A DNA stretch of 64,000 nucleotides from Eutreptiella sp. 'Long Island Sound 2002' (GCA_964036045.1 OZ038379.1:26474001-26538000); one strand, 5' to 3'. Shown: positions 36,480-49,763, numbered from the stretch's first letter. Translations and numbers: made by a program. The notes: generated from the sequence alone by a model not told the origin.

Positions 36480-38290
36480 CGACCATTCTTGAGCTGCCGA
36501 GGCTAGAAAACTGCATAAGCAGGTTGTGCCCTAGCCTCCTTGGGAGCCCCCCCCCCCCCCCCCCACACAAACACACCCAAATAGGGTGAAAAACACATCA
36601 AGAGGGGCTAAAACATGCTTTGCATAGGATATTTGATCATTTTGGATTGTCAGAGTATCAAAAAAATCAGTTTCGGAAATTTCCATTTTTGAGTTGCCGA
36701 GGTTGGAAAACTGCATAAGAAGCTTGTGCCCCAGCCCCCTTGGGAGCCCCCCCACCCACCCAAGTAGGGTGAAAAACACGTAAGGAGGGTATTGCGCTTT
36801 TACTGTCCATGAGCCTATGTACAGAGGTCGAGGGGCTGGGGGGAAGGGCCGATCTCGGAGTTCTGTGCCCTCCCCCCGGGCTGACTGCCCCCCGCCTGTG
36901 GTGCACGGCGGAACAGAGGCAAAGCATGTTTTAGCCCCTCCTTATGTGAAAAACACATAAGGAGGGGCTAAAACATGCTTTGCATAGGATATTGATCATT
37001 TTGGATTGTCAAAGTATCAAAAAAATCAGTTTGGGACATTTCCATTTTTGAGTTGCCGAGGCTGGAAAACTGCGTTAGCAGGTGCCCTAGAGCCCTTGGG
37101 AGCCCCACCCCCCAACACCCAAATAGGGTGAAAAACACACAAAGAGGGTATTGCGCTTTTACTGTCCATGAGCCTATGTACAGAGGTCGAGGGGCTGGGG
37201 GAAAGGGCCGATCTCAGAGTTCTGCGCCCTCCCCCGGGCTGAATGCCCCCCGCCTGTGGTGCACGGCGGAACAGAGGGACGAGGCGGTCATGACTAAGTC
37301 ACTTCCGAGCTCGCCCTCCCGTGCAGCCGCCGTCGCGGCGCCCTTGCCCTCCGGGCTGGGTTACCCTGCGCCCTGGAGGACGCGCCCGTCAATGGGGGGC
37401 TGCTGCTGGCCGCCCCCCGCCGCTTCTCTCCTCCTCCCCGGGCCGGCCACAGGCCGAGGCCCTGCAGCGCGCCCTTGTACCCTGCCCGGGGTGGGTCGGC
37501 CACCCCGTGTTCCCCCATCACTCCATGCCCCTCCGGGGCCGGCCGCAGGCCGAGGCCCTGCGCCACCTCCTCCGACCTCTTTTGGAGTAGGGGGGCACTA
37601 CGCGCACTCGCCTTGGGGAGGGGGTGATTGTGGTCCCCCATCGCCCCTTGTCTCTCTGGGGGCGCCCCTCCGTCGGGGCACCGTGCTGCAGGCAGGGGGA
37701 GGTCTTGACCTTCCCCTACCGTCAATTTCGGGGGGGGGGGAAGGGTCAGGGCACCCAAGCCCTCCCCCCTCCCAGCACTCTGCCCTTCCCTGCCCCTGGG
37801 TCAGGTTAGGGGAGGGGCAAGGAGGCTGTCCTGAGGGCCTCTTCAGCACAAGGCCCCCGTCCTCTGGCAGCGCTCCGCCATTGAGCGCTGCACTGGTTGG
37901 GCGGGCAGCAAGGTCCGCACGCAGCGCACCGGCCACGACTTGCACATAAGGAGGGGCTAAAACATGCTTTGCATAGGATATTGATCATTTTGGATTGTCA
38001 AAGTATCAAAAAAATCAGTTTGGGACATTTCCATTTTTGAGTTGCCGAGGCTGGAAAACTGCGTTAGCAGGTGCCCTAGAGCCCTTGGGAGCCCCACCCC
38101 CCAACACCCAAATAGGGTGAAAAACACACAAAGAGGGGCTAAAACATGCTTTACATAGCATATTTCATCATTGTAAGTGGTCACAATATCGGAAAAATGT
38201 TTTGCAAAATTTTCCATTTTTGAGCTGCAGAGGGTGGAAAAATTCAGATCGTGCACACACCAAATGCCATTGAACCACCTACAAACAGCA
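36480..38290. repeat. Dispersed/tandem copies of the ~190-bp aaaacatgct...tttttgag...gaaaactgc repeat, plus a duplicated ~130-bp block (36790 and 37145)
   Basis: Direct sequence identity among 36490-36790, 36960-37140 and 37950-38150. Confidence 0.8.
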
Positions 38291-38294
38291 ATTT

Positions 38295-38830
38295 TGAAGC
38301 TTTTGGGGGGCCCATGGCTCGGGCTACATGGGCCCAGTGGCCACTACGTGGGTCCCCCTTGGTGCTCAAGTACCCGTGTTGTCACTAAATTGTCACCCAA
38401 ACCCAACCCAAGGGCGACAGACGGGTTTCGGAAAAAGGCGAATTTTGGAAGTGTTGCAGGTGTCACTAAACAGCCTACACAACGGCAATTTCGGGGCTTT
38501 GGGGGGGGGCATGGCTCAGGCTACATGGGCTTGGCGGCGTCTACGTGGGTACCCAAGGGTGCTCAAGTACCCGTATTGTCACTAAATCATCACCCAAACC
38601 CATCCCGGGGCGACAGAAGGGTTTCCGAAAAAGTCAAATTTTGAAATCTTGCAGGTGTCACTAAACAGCCTACACAACGGCAATCTCGGGGCTTTTGGGG
38701 GGGGCATTGCTCGGGCTATATGGGCCCAGTGGCCACTACATGGGTACCCCGGGGGCTCAAGTACGTGTGTTGTCACTAAATCATCACCCAAACCCATCCC
38801 AGGGGCGACAGAAGGGTTTCCGAAAAAGTC
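38295..38830. repeat. Three tandem ~190-bp units (ggctcgggcta...gtcactaaa...cacccaaaccc...gggcgacaga)
   Basis: Units start near 38300, 38495 and 38690; related copies occur at ~52290-52500 and ~53070-53260. Confidence 0.8.
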
Positions 38831-41050
38831 ACATTCTATTGCCTTCGGCAAGTCGGCAAGTCACCTCGCAGAGAATCTACCCCAAGCAACGCACACCCAA
38901 AATAGCGTAAAAACGAAATAAATACGGCTAAAACATGCTTCACATACCCCTGGATGGTCATTTTGAGTGATCACGGTAGCAGGAAAATAAGTTTCAAAAA
39001 TTCGATTTTTGAGCTGCCCTGGGTGAAAAACTGCATAAGCAGGTTGTGTACCAATCCTTAATAGACCCCCCCCCCCCGGACCTAATACCCAAATAGGGTG
39101 AAAAACACGTAAATACGGCCTAAAACATGCTTACATACCTTGGATGGTCATTGTAGGTGATGACAATATCATAAAAGCAAGTTTCAAAAACTTCGATTTT
39201 TGAGCTGCCCAGAGTGAAAATTTGCAGTAGCAGGTTGTGAACCCATCCCTTGGGAGCACCCCCCCCCCCCCACTTTACACCCAAATAGGGTGAAAAACAG
39301 GCAAATATGGCCTAAAACATGCTTTACATACCTTGGATGGTCATTTTAATGGATCACAATATCAAAAAATAAGTTTCCAAAACTTCCATTTTTGAGCTTT
39401 CCAGAGTGAAAAACTGCATGAGCAGGTTGTGCAGCGAAATTCCTTGGGACACAACCCCCCCCCCCCCCCCCCGAGCTAATACCCAAATGGGGTGAAAAAC
39501 ACGTAAACACGGCCTAAAACATGCTTTACATACCTTGGATGGTCATTTTAGGTGATCACAATATCAAAAAATAAGTTCCAAAACTTCCATTTTTGAGCTG
39601 TCTAGAGTGAAAAACTGCATGAGCAGGTTGTGCAACGAAATTCCTTGGGAGACACACCCCCCCCCCCCCGAGCTAATCCCCAAATGGGGTGAAAAACACG
39701 TAAACACGGCCTAAAACATGCTTTACATACCTTGGATGGTCATTTTAGGTGATCACAATATCAAAAAAATAACCTTCGAAAATTCTATTGCCTTCGGCAA
39801 GTCCACCTCACAGAGAATCTACCCAAGCAACTCACACCCAAAATAGCAAAAAAATGACATGAATACGGCCTAAAACATGCTGTAAATAGCTTGGATGGTC
39901 ATTTTAAGGGATCACGGTATCAGAAAAATAAGTTTCGAAAACTTCGATGTTTGAGCTGCTCAGGGTGAAAATCAAGCAGGTTGTGTACCCATCCCTCAAT
40001 AGACCCCCCCCCTCTGGAGCTATTACCCAAATAGGGTGAAAAAAACACGTAAATACGGCCTAAAACATGCTTTACATACCTTGGATGGTCATTTTGGGTG
40101 ATGACAATATCGTAAAAGCAAGTTTCGAAAACTTTGATTTTTGAGCTGCCCAGGGTGAAAAACTGCAGTAGCAGGTTGTGAACCCATCCCTTGGGAGCAC
40201 CCCCCCCCCCCACTTTACACCCAAATAGGGTGAAAAACAGGCAAATATGGCCTAAAACATGCTTTACATACCTTGGATGGTCATTTTAATGGATCACAAT
40301 ATCAAAAAAAAAAAGTTTCCCAAACTTTCATTTTTGAGCTTTCCAGAGTGAAAAACTGCATGAGCAGGTGTGCAGCGAAATTCCTTGGGACACAACCCCC
40401 CGCCCCCCCCCCCCCGAGCTAATACCCAAATGGGGTGAAAAACACGTAAACACGGCCTAAAACATGCTTTACATACCTTGGATGGTCATTTTAAGGGATC
40501 ACAATATCAAAAAAAAATAAGTTTCGAAAACTTCGATTTTTCAGATGTCCAAGGTGAAAAGCTGCATGATTTTTCAAATGTCCAAGTCGATTTTTCAGAT
40601 GTCCAAGGTGAAAAGCTGCATGATTTTTCAAATGTCCAAGGTGAAAAACTGCATAAGCAGGTTGTGTACCCATCCCTTAAGCCCCCCCCCCCCCCCCAAC
40701 CTCGGACCAAATACCCAAATGGGGTGAAAAACACGTAAATACGGCCTAAAACATGCTTTACATACCTTGGATGGTCATTTTAATGGATCACAATATCCCA
40801 AAAAATAGGCTTCGAAAACTTCGATTTTTGAGCTGCCCTGGGTGAAAAACTGCATAAGCAGGTTGTGTACCAATCCCTTGGGAGACGCCCCCCCCCCCCG
40901 ACCAAATACCCAAATAGGGTGAAAAACATGTAAATACGGGCTAAAACATGCTTTACATACCTTGGATGGTCATTTTAAGTGATCACAATATCAAAAAAGT
41001 AAGTTTCAAATGCGTCGATTTTTGAGCTGTCCAGGGTGAAAAACTGCATT
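38830..41050. repeat. ~190-bp satellite (about 11 monomers) with a ~950-bp higher-order duplication
   Basis: Monomer core aaatacggcctaaaacatgctttacataccttggatggtcatt. Diagnostic variants recur about 945 bp apart (e.g. aaaaacaggcaaatatggcc at ~39294 and ~40233; attctattgccttcggcaagtc at ~38833 and ~39782). Confidence 0.9.
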
Positions 41051-42429
41051 AGTAGCTTGTGTGCCCATTCACTAGGCCATTATTGGTGGAAACAGTCATT
41101 TCGTGTCTTGGGCACGGGTTGTGACCGGCCCTCGGCAAAACTACAGACTGCAAAAAACATCCTTTCGTATCCTAGTAGGCATACACCCCTCATAGTGGGT
41201 ACCACGGGGTCACCAAGGTCGCCAAAACTGCCAACATAGCAAAAATGGCTGGAAAGTGCATAAACAGCATGAGCGCTCGTCCCACTGCGCCCCATACAAA
41301 CCCAATGGAGTCGGGACCCGGAAACACTTTTTCGGCTCAAAATCGAAAAAAACCAACAGATTCATGATTTTCGACCCAAAAGGGGGGGGTCATTTTTTCG
41401 ACATTTTGACCCCCCCACCTCCCTCAAAACCTGAAAAAAGTGGGTTTCAAGTGGGGGGGGTCTGGGGGGGTCCGGACCAAAAACTCATTGGGGGATGCGT
41501 TTATTGGACAAACTAATGATTTTACAAGGGGTTAAACTAACAATTCAACCCCTAGGGGTAGGGTACGCGAATAGGCCCAAAAAGGCCAAAATGGGGGGTA
41601 TGTGGCGTTTTCCCCTTTGTACGCCTACCTGGCTTTGATCTAACAACCCCTGCGAGGTGACTTTGATTTTTGAGCTGTCCAGGGTGAAAAATTGCATCAG
41701 CAGGTTGTGTACCCTTGGGAGACCCCCCCCCCCCCCCCGACAAGAGCATGCACTGCACCCATGCCAACACAGGTAGAATGTGCCACACCCGTGTGGTTGT
41801 CCGGTTTTTTCCGCAGACTACGGACTCGTGAAAACACCACTCCCGTAGCCCTTATATGCCTGCGGCGGGCTGTGGCGGACCAAGCTGCAAACTCCGGTGG
41901 TCTATCTAATTGGCGAGCTGGATGTGTGCAGAACCCTACCCCCACCCCACCACTAACAATAGAGAACCACATAACTTTACATGCGGGACCCACACACATG
42001 CCCTAACATTGATGGTTATTGTATGCACATGAGCATACCACTGGCAGACTCCATGCCTCTTGAAGAACCTATTGTACCATTTGTACCACTCTCTTGTACT
42101 CCATGGGTGTGGTGCATCCATGGTCAGCTGCACATTCAGCCGCTATTCTCCACCACCCCTACCAGATTACAAATTGCTCCGGCGCCACCACAGCTGCCCC
42201 AACCTCTAGAAAAGGTGTCGATTATAGTGCGATCCACCTGCTTCGCAAGAAAATTGCCCCGCATCGGGATACACTGTAACCACACAACACCTGCCCCATA
42301 GGCTAGCTTCGGTTCTTACTAGTTGTGCCCATGTGCAGCCCTTGACACCCCCTAAAATTTCGGCCCCCTAAAAGGGGTGCAAGGGGGGGTGGGGGGTGGG
42401 GGCGCCGGGGGGGGGAGGGGGGGGGGGGG

Positions 42430-44526
42430 CAGCGGCAATTGCGGTGCTATCTTGTGGCGAGCCGGCTGCGCTGACAGCCCCGCGCACAGCTGCCGCCCCC
42501 AAGGGGAGAAGGGACCAGCGGTAGTGGAGCAAGCACTGTACTTGTGCTCGCTCCCCAACGGGGAGCCGCATCCCTGACAGCTGGTGGTGGGGGGTTGCCA
42601 GCAATGTCCCCACAACGGCCTCAAGGCCGAGGGCCAACTCCGCCCACGACAATTCTCTCGGGCCTACTCCCAACGCCATTGCACAGACCCAGCAATTACG
42701 GCTTGCGCAAACTTGTGCACCAATCTCCAACCAGGCGGCACCCATAGTCAGAGGTTGCATCAGTGCCGGCTGCACACTGCCTCCGGCGGCAATCGGGGGC
42801 ATGCCCCGAGCACACGCAGGTAATGCCTGCACCCTATCCTGGCCGACCATTGCGGGGGTGGCACTGACTCCACGGCCGGGCGGGATTGCCCCAACCACAT
42901 GGACATGGCCGCTGCATCTGGCCAGGGCTTCTGCAGAAGGAATTTCCGGCCCGGCAACGGCGGCGAAGCGAGAGGAAGGAGCGGCGGCGACCCAACGCCT
43001 CCCCGTGGAGCAGCTAACCTGCCGCCAGGTGCTTGTCCACTAGGACGGCCGCCTTACGTAGGACCTGCACCCGTTCCCCCAACGGAACGGAGTTGGTGGT
43101 CCAGGGACACTATGAGCACCCGCCCCACAAAGGCTTCATAGTTGCAGGCAAGTTCCACCCACAAAACCTCACTTGGGCTGGGCGACCACGCCGAAGCACT
43201 GGCGCAACACACCAAGCCCAATACAAACTCCTGGGCCCATCGGCACCACGGGGGGCGCTCAGGCGCATGTAGGGCTGCACCCACTGCACATCCAGGGCGG
43301 GAAGAAAATTGCTTTGCCGGGGGGGGGGGGGGGGTGGCACGGAAGCCCGTTTGCCGAACCCCCCCCCCCTCCTTGGTCGCCATGCCGGGAGGGTGGTTTG
43401 GGCTGGCGCTGCCCTACCTGCCGTGCGGGGGGGGGGGGGGTCCGAAAGTGGCGCCTCGACGCAACATGCGAAGGGAAGAACGGGTGACCGTCCAAGGCCC
43501 CGTAAAGGAGCAACAACCACACGGATTTCCACCAAGGGGGGGGGGGGGCGACCCGAACATACATGGCTCAAAAGATCCTCACGTCGCGCTGATCATTTTG
43601 ACTTCACTTATGTGGGGGGCAATATTTTCATGAAAAAAAGTTTTCCGGGCCAAAATTTGTGTTCCGGCGCCTTTGGTGGCAACATCTGTCCTTACACAAA
43701 ACAAAGGGCCCGGCACGGAAGCCCATTTCTAGAACCTCCCCCCCCTCCTTCGCCGGGCGCCCATGACATCCCCCCCCCGCAAAGCAATTTTCCTGCCGCC
43801 CAAGGGCAGGGACCCACACAATTCCTGCCACGGATACATGGACTGGCAGGGGCGGCGGTCATGTGGGGAGAGTGCATCTCCCGCGCCCGTTGGGTTCAGT
43901 TGGCCTGCCGCTGTGTGCGCAGCGAGTACCGCTAGGTACATGCCATGCCGGTACAAGAAATCGTCCAAGCAAGCCCGCTCCATGCCCGCTAATGGGTGGA
44001 CGGGCATGAGGCCCGTGCAGCACATGCAAGCCAGTCATTGCTCTGGCGGGCCTAGCTGCGGCAGCTCATCCGGCGCATCACGCATCCACGGTAGGCACGC
44101 GGCCCACACAGCCTCCCACTCCAAGCAGTCCCATAGGATGTGCACCTCATCTTCGTGCGCCCTCCCCCAACAATAAGGGCATGAGGAGTGGTCCTACAGC
44201 TGGCGGCTGTGGACACGCACCGCAGTCAAGATCGCCCTAGCTAGTAGGCCGCACACGTTGGAAGCGTACAGCTCAGTAGAGGCAACTTGGAGCGTTGTGT
44301 GGCACGCCTCACTATCAACACCGTCGCCGTCCCGGGCCTCCCAGACGTCATGGGCGGCGCGCCTCTCGTTGTCGCACAACTTGGTAGCGCAAGCCATCAC
44401 ACAACCTGTGCTAGATGCGCTTGAGCGGCATTGTCCATAGGATTTGTTTGCCCAAGGGCAACCCAGACCCGAAGGCCTTCGTGCGTCATGAACCCAACAA
44501 GAACACAGCATGGAGTGCGCGCCGCA
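42430..44526 (-). mobile_element. 3' part of a second LINE of the 6739-15570 family (CCHC plus duplicated WAELAL domain)
   Basis: CPYCWGRAHEDEVHILWDC, HGMYLAVLAA, EVLWVELACNYEAFVG and ELSWAELALGLEAVVG. Confidence 0.8.
43295..43801. mobile_element. MITE (~507 bp) inserted in the second LINE
   Basis: TIR gggcgg(g/c)a(a/g)gaaaattgctttgc. Removing it joins the LINE reading GSLPL-DVQWVQPY. Confidence 0.75.
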
Positions 44527-45004
44527 CCCTTGGTACACGCTAGAATACCCAATCTCGTTCTAGCCTAGAACAGGCTAGAGAGGCTAGAACGAAAAAAAGA
44601 GGGGGATACCCCCCCCCGCAGGGGGGGGGGGGATGAGGTGTCCAACCTGGACCCCCCTATCCATACTCGGGGGCCCATACTTTTTTTTTCACAATTTCTT
44701 TGTTTTCACCTGATTTTGGAGTCCAAAAATTTTTCGTTCTAGCGGCGTTCTAGCGACGTTCTAGCGAGCGTTCTAGAACGCCGCTAGAACGCCGCTAGAA
44801 CGGTTTGCTAGAACGCCGCTAGAACGATATATATGAATGCTCTGCCACTCCTCAAAGAGAAGCTGCCCCGGCTACCATGGCTAGCCGTGGCCAATCACAG
44901 GGTCCCGATGCTGGACCCGACTCACGGAGCGCCAGGTTCCCCCCCCCCACCCCCCCGGTTAGCCCGGTTAGCCCCCCACCGCACCCCATAGGTCACTTGG
45001 AAGG

Positions 45005-45834
45005 TCACTTGGCGGGCCGGCGCCGGGTCACGTGGTGGTGGGTTAGCCCGATTAGCCCGGTTAGCCCGATTAGCCCCCCTGCCCCCCCAAGCCCCCATTC
45101 GCGAGTCGCGACACGCAGGTTACCCCTCCTGCGTGGTGGGGGGTTGCCGGGGCTCATCCTTGCTCCCGGCACCCCCCTTCTCACCCCCACCCCCGTGTCC
45201 CCTTCCTTCTCACCCCCCTTGTCACCCCCCGCCTCAACCCCCTTGTCACCCCCCTCCCCCTTGTCACCACCCTCGTCCCCCTCGTCGTCCCCGTCATCCC
45301 CGTCGTCCCCGTCGTCCCCGGCCTCCAAGGCTTCCCGGAGGTGGGCCTCCGCCTCCTCCCGGGTGAGGAAGAGGAGGTCCCCCGCCACCCGGAAGGTGCC
45401 CCCCTCTTTCTCCTGCTTCCTCTTCTTCCCCTTCTTCCCCTTCTTCCCCCCCTCCCCCTCCCCATTGGACCCCTGCGACACCACCCACCACTCCCCCGGG
45501 TCCAACTCCTCATCCCAATCCCCCAACACCGTCACTTGGCTGACGGTCCCCCCATTGCCCCCCTCCGCCCAAGGGACATACCGGGTGTCCCCCACGCCCG
45601 GCACATTCCCATATGGGTCCCGGCCCCTTTCTTGCATAGGGGGGGGCTGGGGTTTGGGGGGGGGGGTGGCTTTGCCCTTGCGCTTGGTCTGCGGCTTGGG
45701 CTTGGGCTTGGGCTTGGTGGGGGGGGTGCCTCTTCTTCGTCGCTACTCTCGAAGTGGCGGGGATTTTTCTTGGGGGCCTTGGGGGGGGGGTTTGGGGGCC
45801 TTGGGGGGGGGGTGTCTTCCCCCCCCGCTGCTGG

Positions 45835-45867
<33 letters not shown>

Positions 45868-47795
45868 CATCCCCCCCCGGTCCTGCAACCTGGCCCAGCC
45901 CTTGCGCTGCGGGTCCATGCCCCCCGCACTCCTGCCCGCTTCCCACCTACCCAAACCCTCCAGCACCGAGAGGGCCAAATTGGGGTTCGTCCCCAACATC
46001 CGGCTCAACTCGGTGACCCCCACGAGGCGCGTCCGCCCTCCACCATCGCGCCACTCCACGCGCACCCCGCGGGGGTCGCCTCCACACGTCTGCACGCTGA
46101 CAACCTAAAGAGACAAACAAAATGCAGGTGCGTTCTAGCGGCGTTCTAGGCATGTGTTCTAGCGGCGTTCTAGCGACGTTCTAGCGGCGGCGGTAAGGCG
46201 GTGGCTAGATCAGCGCTAGAACGGTTCGCTAGATCAACGCTAGAACGCAATTGACATACCGTGCCTTGGCGGCCCAGGGCGGGGAAGATGGCCCCCAGTG
46301 CCTTGGCGAAGGCGTCCGCGGGGTTGGGGGGGTGCGGCTGCGGGGGGCCGCCACCGGGGGCTGCGGCGGGCTTGGGCTTGAGCTTGGGCCGGGTGGCGAT
46401 GCCGTGCACCAAGCCGGCATACACCCCCTGGTTCGCCGCCTCGGGGCTGAAACCCCCGAAGTCCAGCGGCGCCGACCAGGTCGGCGTCCACACCCAGGCC
46501 TTCCCCACCCACTCCACCCCCCCCAAGCCCAGCCCCTGCCAGCAGTGGGCGACGAATCGCTAGTGGGTGCCCCCCCCCCCTTTTTCCGCTTGGGGGTGAA
46601 GATGTTGGTTTGCGCCAACTCAGACATCTTCACCCCCCTTTCGGGGGGGGGGGGCCACCTCCCCCCACCGCTTGTTCCCCTGCCCCGGCAACTCACGTTG
46701 CCACCCCCATGACCCCTCGACCACCCCCAGGCGCAGGGGCTTGTCCAGGTGGACAACCCCCCCCCCCCCCCCCCCGTCCACCCATACCCACCGCCCCGCC
46801 CCCAACAGCCGGTGGTGCACCCGCACCAACAAAAACCGGAGAGTCCATACCGGACGCTCCGGGGCGACGAGGAGGGGGTGTCCATGTTTGGGGGGTGGGG
46901 GCCAGCCAGGACTGCGGGGTCCCATGGCAAGTCCTGGAGGGCCCACGCAGCCCTCGACCCCATCAACCCCCTGAGCCAGTCGCCCCCCCCCCCCCCCCCC
47001 CCCCCCCCCCCGCCGGCGCCGCCTCCACCACCTTGGTCTCCTCCTCCTCATCCTTCACGCTCGCCTCCTCCTCCATCTCGCCATGCACGTCCACCTCCAC
47101 CACCTCATCCATCTCCTCGTCCTTCACCCTCGCCACCACCGCCGCCAACTGCCTCTCGCACTGCTCACCGCCCGGTCGAACCCCTCCACCGCTGCCGCCT
47201 TCTCGGCCACCTTCGCCTTCGCCTTGCGAAGGTTGGCCTCCGCCCACTCCACCCCTTCCTCCTCCGCTCCATCCTCCATGAGGCTCCGCAATTTTACCTC
47301 CCAGGCCGAGACTTTCGTCTCCGCCCGGGTCTTGGCCGCCCTGGAGGCGGCGCGGGATTCCAAGAACCCTTTGAGCTCTCCCCACGCCGCCTCCACCTCT
47401 GCCGGTTCCTCCAACGCCGCCGCCCCCTTCCGGGCTACCAATGGGGGAGGGGGTGGCGACGGTGGACGATGGGCTTGGGGTTGGGGCTTGGGCTTGGGCT
47501 TGGGCTTGGCGAGGGGGGCTTTGGGGTGCGGGGCCTGCTCGGCCTTCGGCTCCTCCGCCGCACGCCTGTCCGCCTCTAGGATTTGCGCAATCAGCGCCTG
47601 GGTCGCTGCGTTCTGTAGCACAAGAGCGTTCTAGCGGCGTTCTAGGCATCTATTCTAGCGGCGTTCTAGCGACAGTCTAGCGGCCGATCGTGCTGCCTAG
47701 ATCAAGACTAGAACGATTCCCTAGATCACCGCTAGAACGCACAGCACGAAATATACCTGCCTCACCAGCTCGTCCAACTGCTCCCGCGTAGCCAT
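45005..47795 (-). pseudogene. Spliced accessory gene of the transposon (frameshifts, several at homopolymer runs)
   Basis: Exons 47795-47757 (MATREQLDELVRQ), 47612-46260 and 46104-45005. Both introns are GT-AG, phase 0, at positions matching the 29053-31731 homolog. Confidence 0.72.
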
Positions 47796-49763
47796 CTTGG
47801 ATTGCAAAAGTCTGGTTACGGGAAGCCTGCATGTGACCCTGGCCCCTCCTTACCTCCATGGCATCCCTGCCCGAGCATGGCACTGGCAACCGTGGCCCCC
47901 CATGCACAACCCACGACACGTCAAAGTACGCAAACAACCATGTCATGCACTGTGCTTGCACATTGGCCTCCCTGTGGATGGCCGACAATTGACGACCCAA
48001 CACCTCGTCCACCCCCTCCACCCAACAGCCCCCCCCCCCCCCCCCCCCCCGGTTGCTGTGCTCGTTGTGACCATTTTTCAGAAAGCGGTCAATGCTTTCC
48101 GAAATGTCACCGGAGAACATAGCCAGGCCAAAAGGCTTAATGTTCTGCAACATGGTATCTACATCCTGCTCAAGGCTTAGTAGATACCATGATGCTGTTC
48201 CAGCAGCGCAGTGTCGCCGGAAATCGCGCGCAACAGCAGCACAATTCAAAGGGTTAGGGCCCTGATATGTACAATAGAGGGCCTGCAACGGGTCCCACAT
48301 GTTCGCGATGGCCTTGTACTTGGCCGTGCTTGGCCTAATGCCGAGGCACTTAGCAATATCCGGCCATGCGTCAAAAAAATTGGCCGTCTCCTCCCCATTC
48401 GGGGATGCTGACCCATAAACGCTCCAACCTGCACGCCTCTCCGACAGGAGAACTTGCAGGTCTCGACGGAGCGCAGGGGTGACCAACCTAGCCTCCCGAT
48501 CGAGAAACTCCCCCAACAAGCGGCCCATGGCCATTGTCAGGTGCAAAATGCACAAGACGAGCCAGGGACGTGGCAATTTCAAAATGGGCTGCGTACTGCA
48601 GCCGGCGGCTTGCAAGGATGGCGTCCCAAGGAGGAAGGCCGTGTAGTTGGCCTCATCACCCTCCATGGTCCGGGGGTTAGCACTACCCTCCCAAGTCTTC
48701 GTTGGGGCATTCCATATGCCCTCATTGAACATGGAGCCCACTTGGGGGCATGTGGACACCCCGATCACCCGTCGCGTCCACGGTTCATCCCCCCCGAGGA
48801 TCACCTTTGCCTCCTCCTTGGAGGCCCCCCATTGGACCAGCCCCGTGTCGATGATCTCTTGAACCACCTAAACACGAAACATGGGGGGTGGTTAATTTCG
48901 TTCTAGTCTAGTCCAATCTAGCGTCTAGCGAGCGGTGTTTGAGGCCCACTAGATCAAAACTAGAACGAGTGAAAGGCACTAGGTGAGAGGACTACCTCCC
49001 AATTGCTCTTCCACAACGTCCCAAGGGTCTCCATGGCCTTGTCATCGCAATTGGCCATGCTCAACATCCAAAGGCCCGCTGGGGAGCGGGCTAAGCGCTC
49101 GAAGTTGGCCAAGGAGATGGTGAGTTGGGTCCAATTGCCCCCGGCCACGGGGTAGGCATCTCCCCGGACGATGAACGTCAACGGGAAGGTGCGGTTGATT
49201 GACCGCACCAAGCCCGGCCGGGAGAGGATGTATGTGACCCATGAGGCGAAGGGCCATGAGATCCCGGTCGCCTTGGGCAACACCGTGGCAACGGGGTTGT
49301 CCAATTGCACCGGGGCGACCAACTCCTTCCAACGGGCTTGGAAAGCCCGCTCGGTACAAATTGGCCGGGAGTAGGGGCCACTAGGGACGGTGCGGTGATA
49401 CCCCAACTTACGGAGCGTGTAGAGCTCCAAGAGGGTCCTCCACGACGACTTGGGGGCCCTCATGTTGAGCACTAGTTCACACATGGCGGTGGGGGGAAGT
49501 AGGGAGGCGGCGTCTGCCTCAACGGCGGCCTTGCACGCCTCACCCGTGGTTTGGGTAGAAGTGGCGGAGTTCACATGTTGGACGGCGTTGTTGAAGTGCC
49601 GCCGTGCTAGGGGGCATGATAGCGCCCACGTGGCCAAGTAATGGCCCACCCGCTCATCCTTGAGGGTTGAGGCCCCACTCAACTCCCGTAGTGCCTTGGA
49701 CAAGAGGGAAGTATCCTTCCCGGGTGAGGAGGGAGCAAGGGGGGTAGTGGCGGGGCGTTTCAT
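47677..49763 (-). CDS. Apparently intact ~652-aa DDE transposase, two exons (49763-48996, 48867-47677)
   Basis: GT-AG phase-0 intron 48995-48868. Motifs FIVRGDAYP (D), LSMANCDDKAMETL, ILGGDEPWTRRVIG (D), LCILHLTMAMG (C2H/LH) and FGLAMFSGDISESIDRFLK (E). The start codon is my best guess. Confidence 0.85.

Noticed and set aside
41690-42330. CVWVPHVKLCG resembling the RNase H WVPSH motif
   Set aside because: Single degenerate motif; the other RNase H residues were not found.
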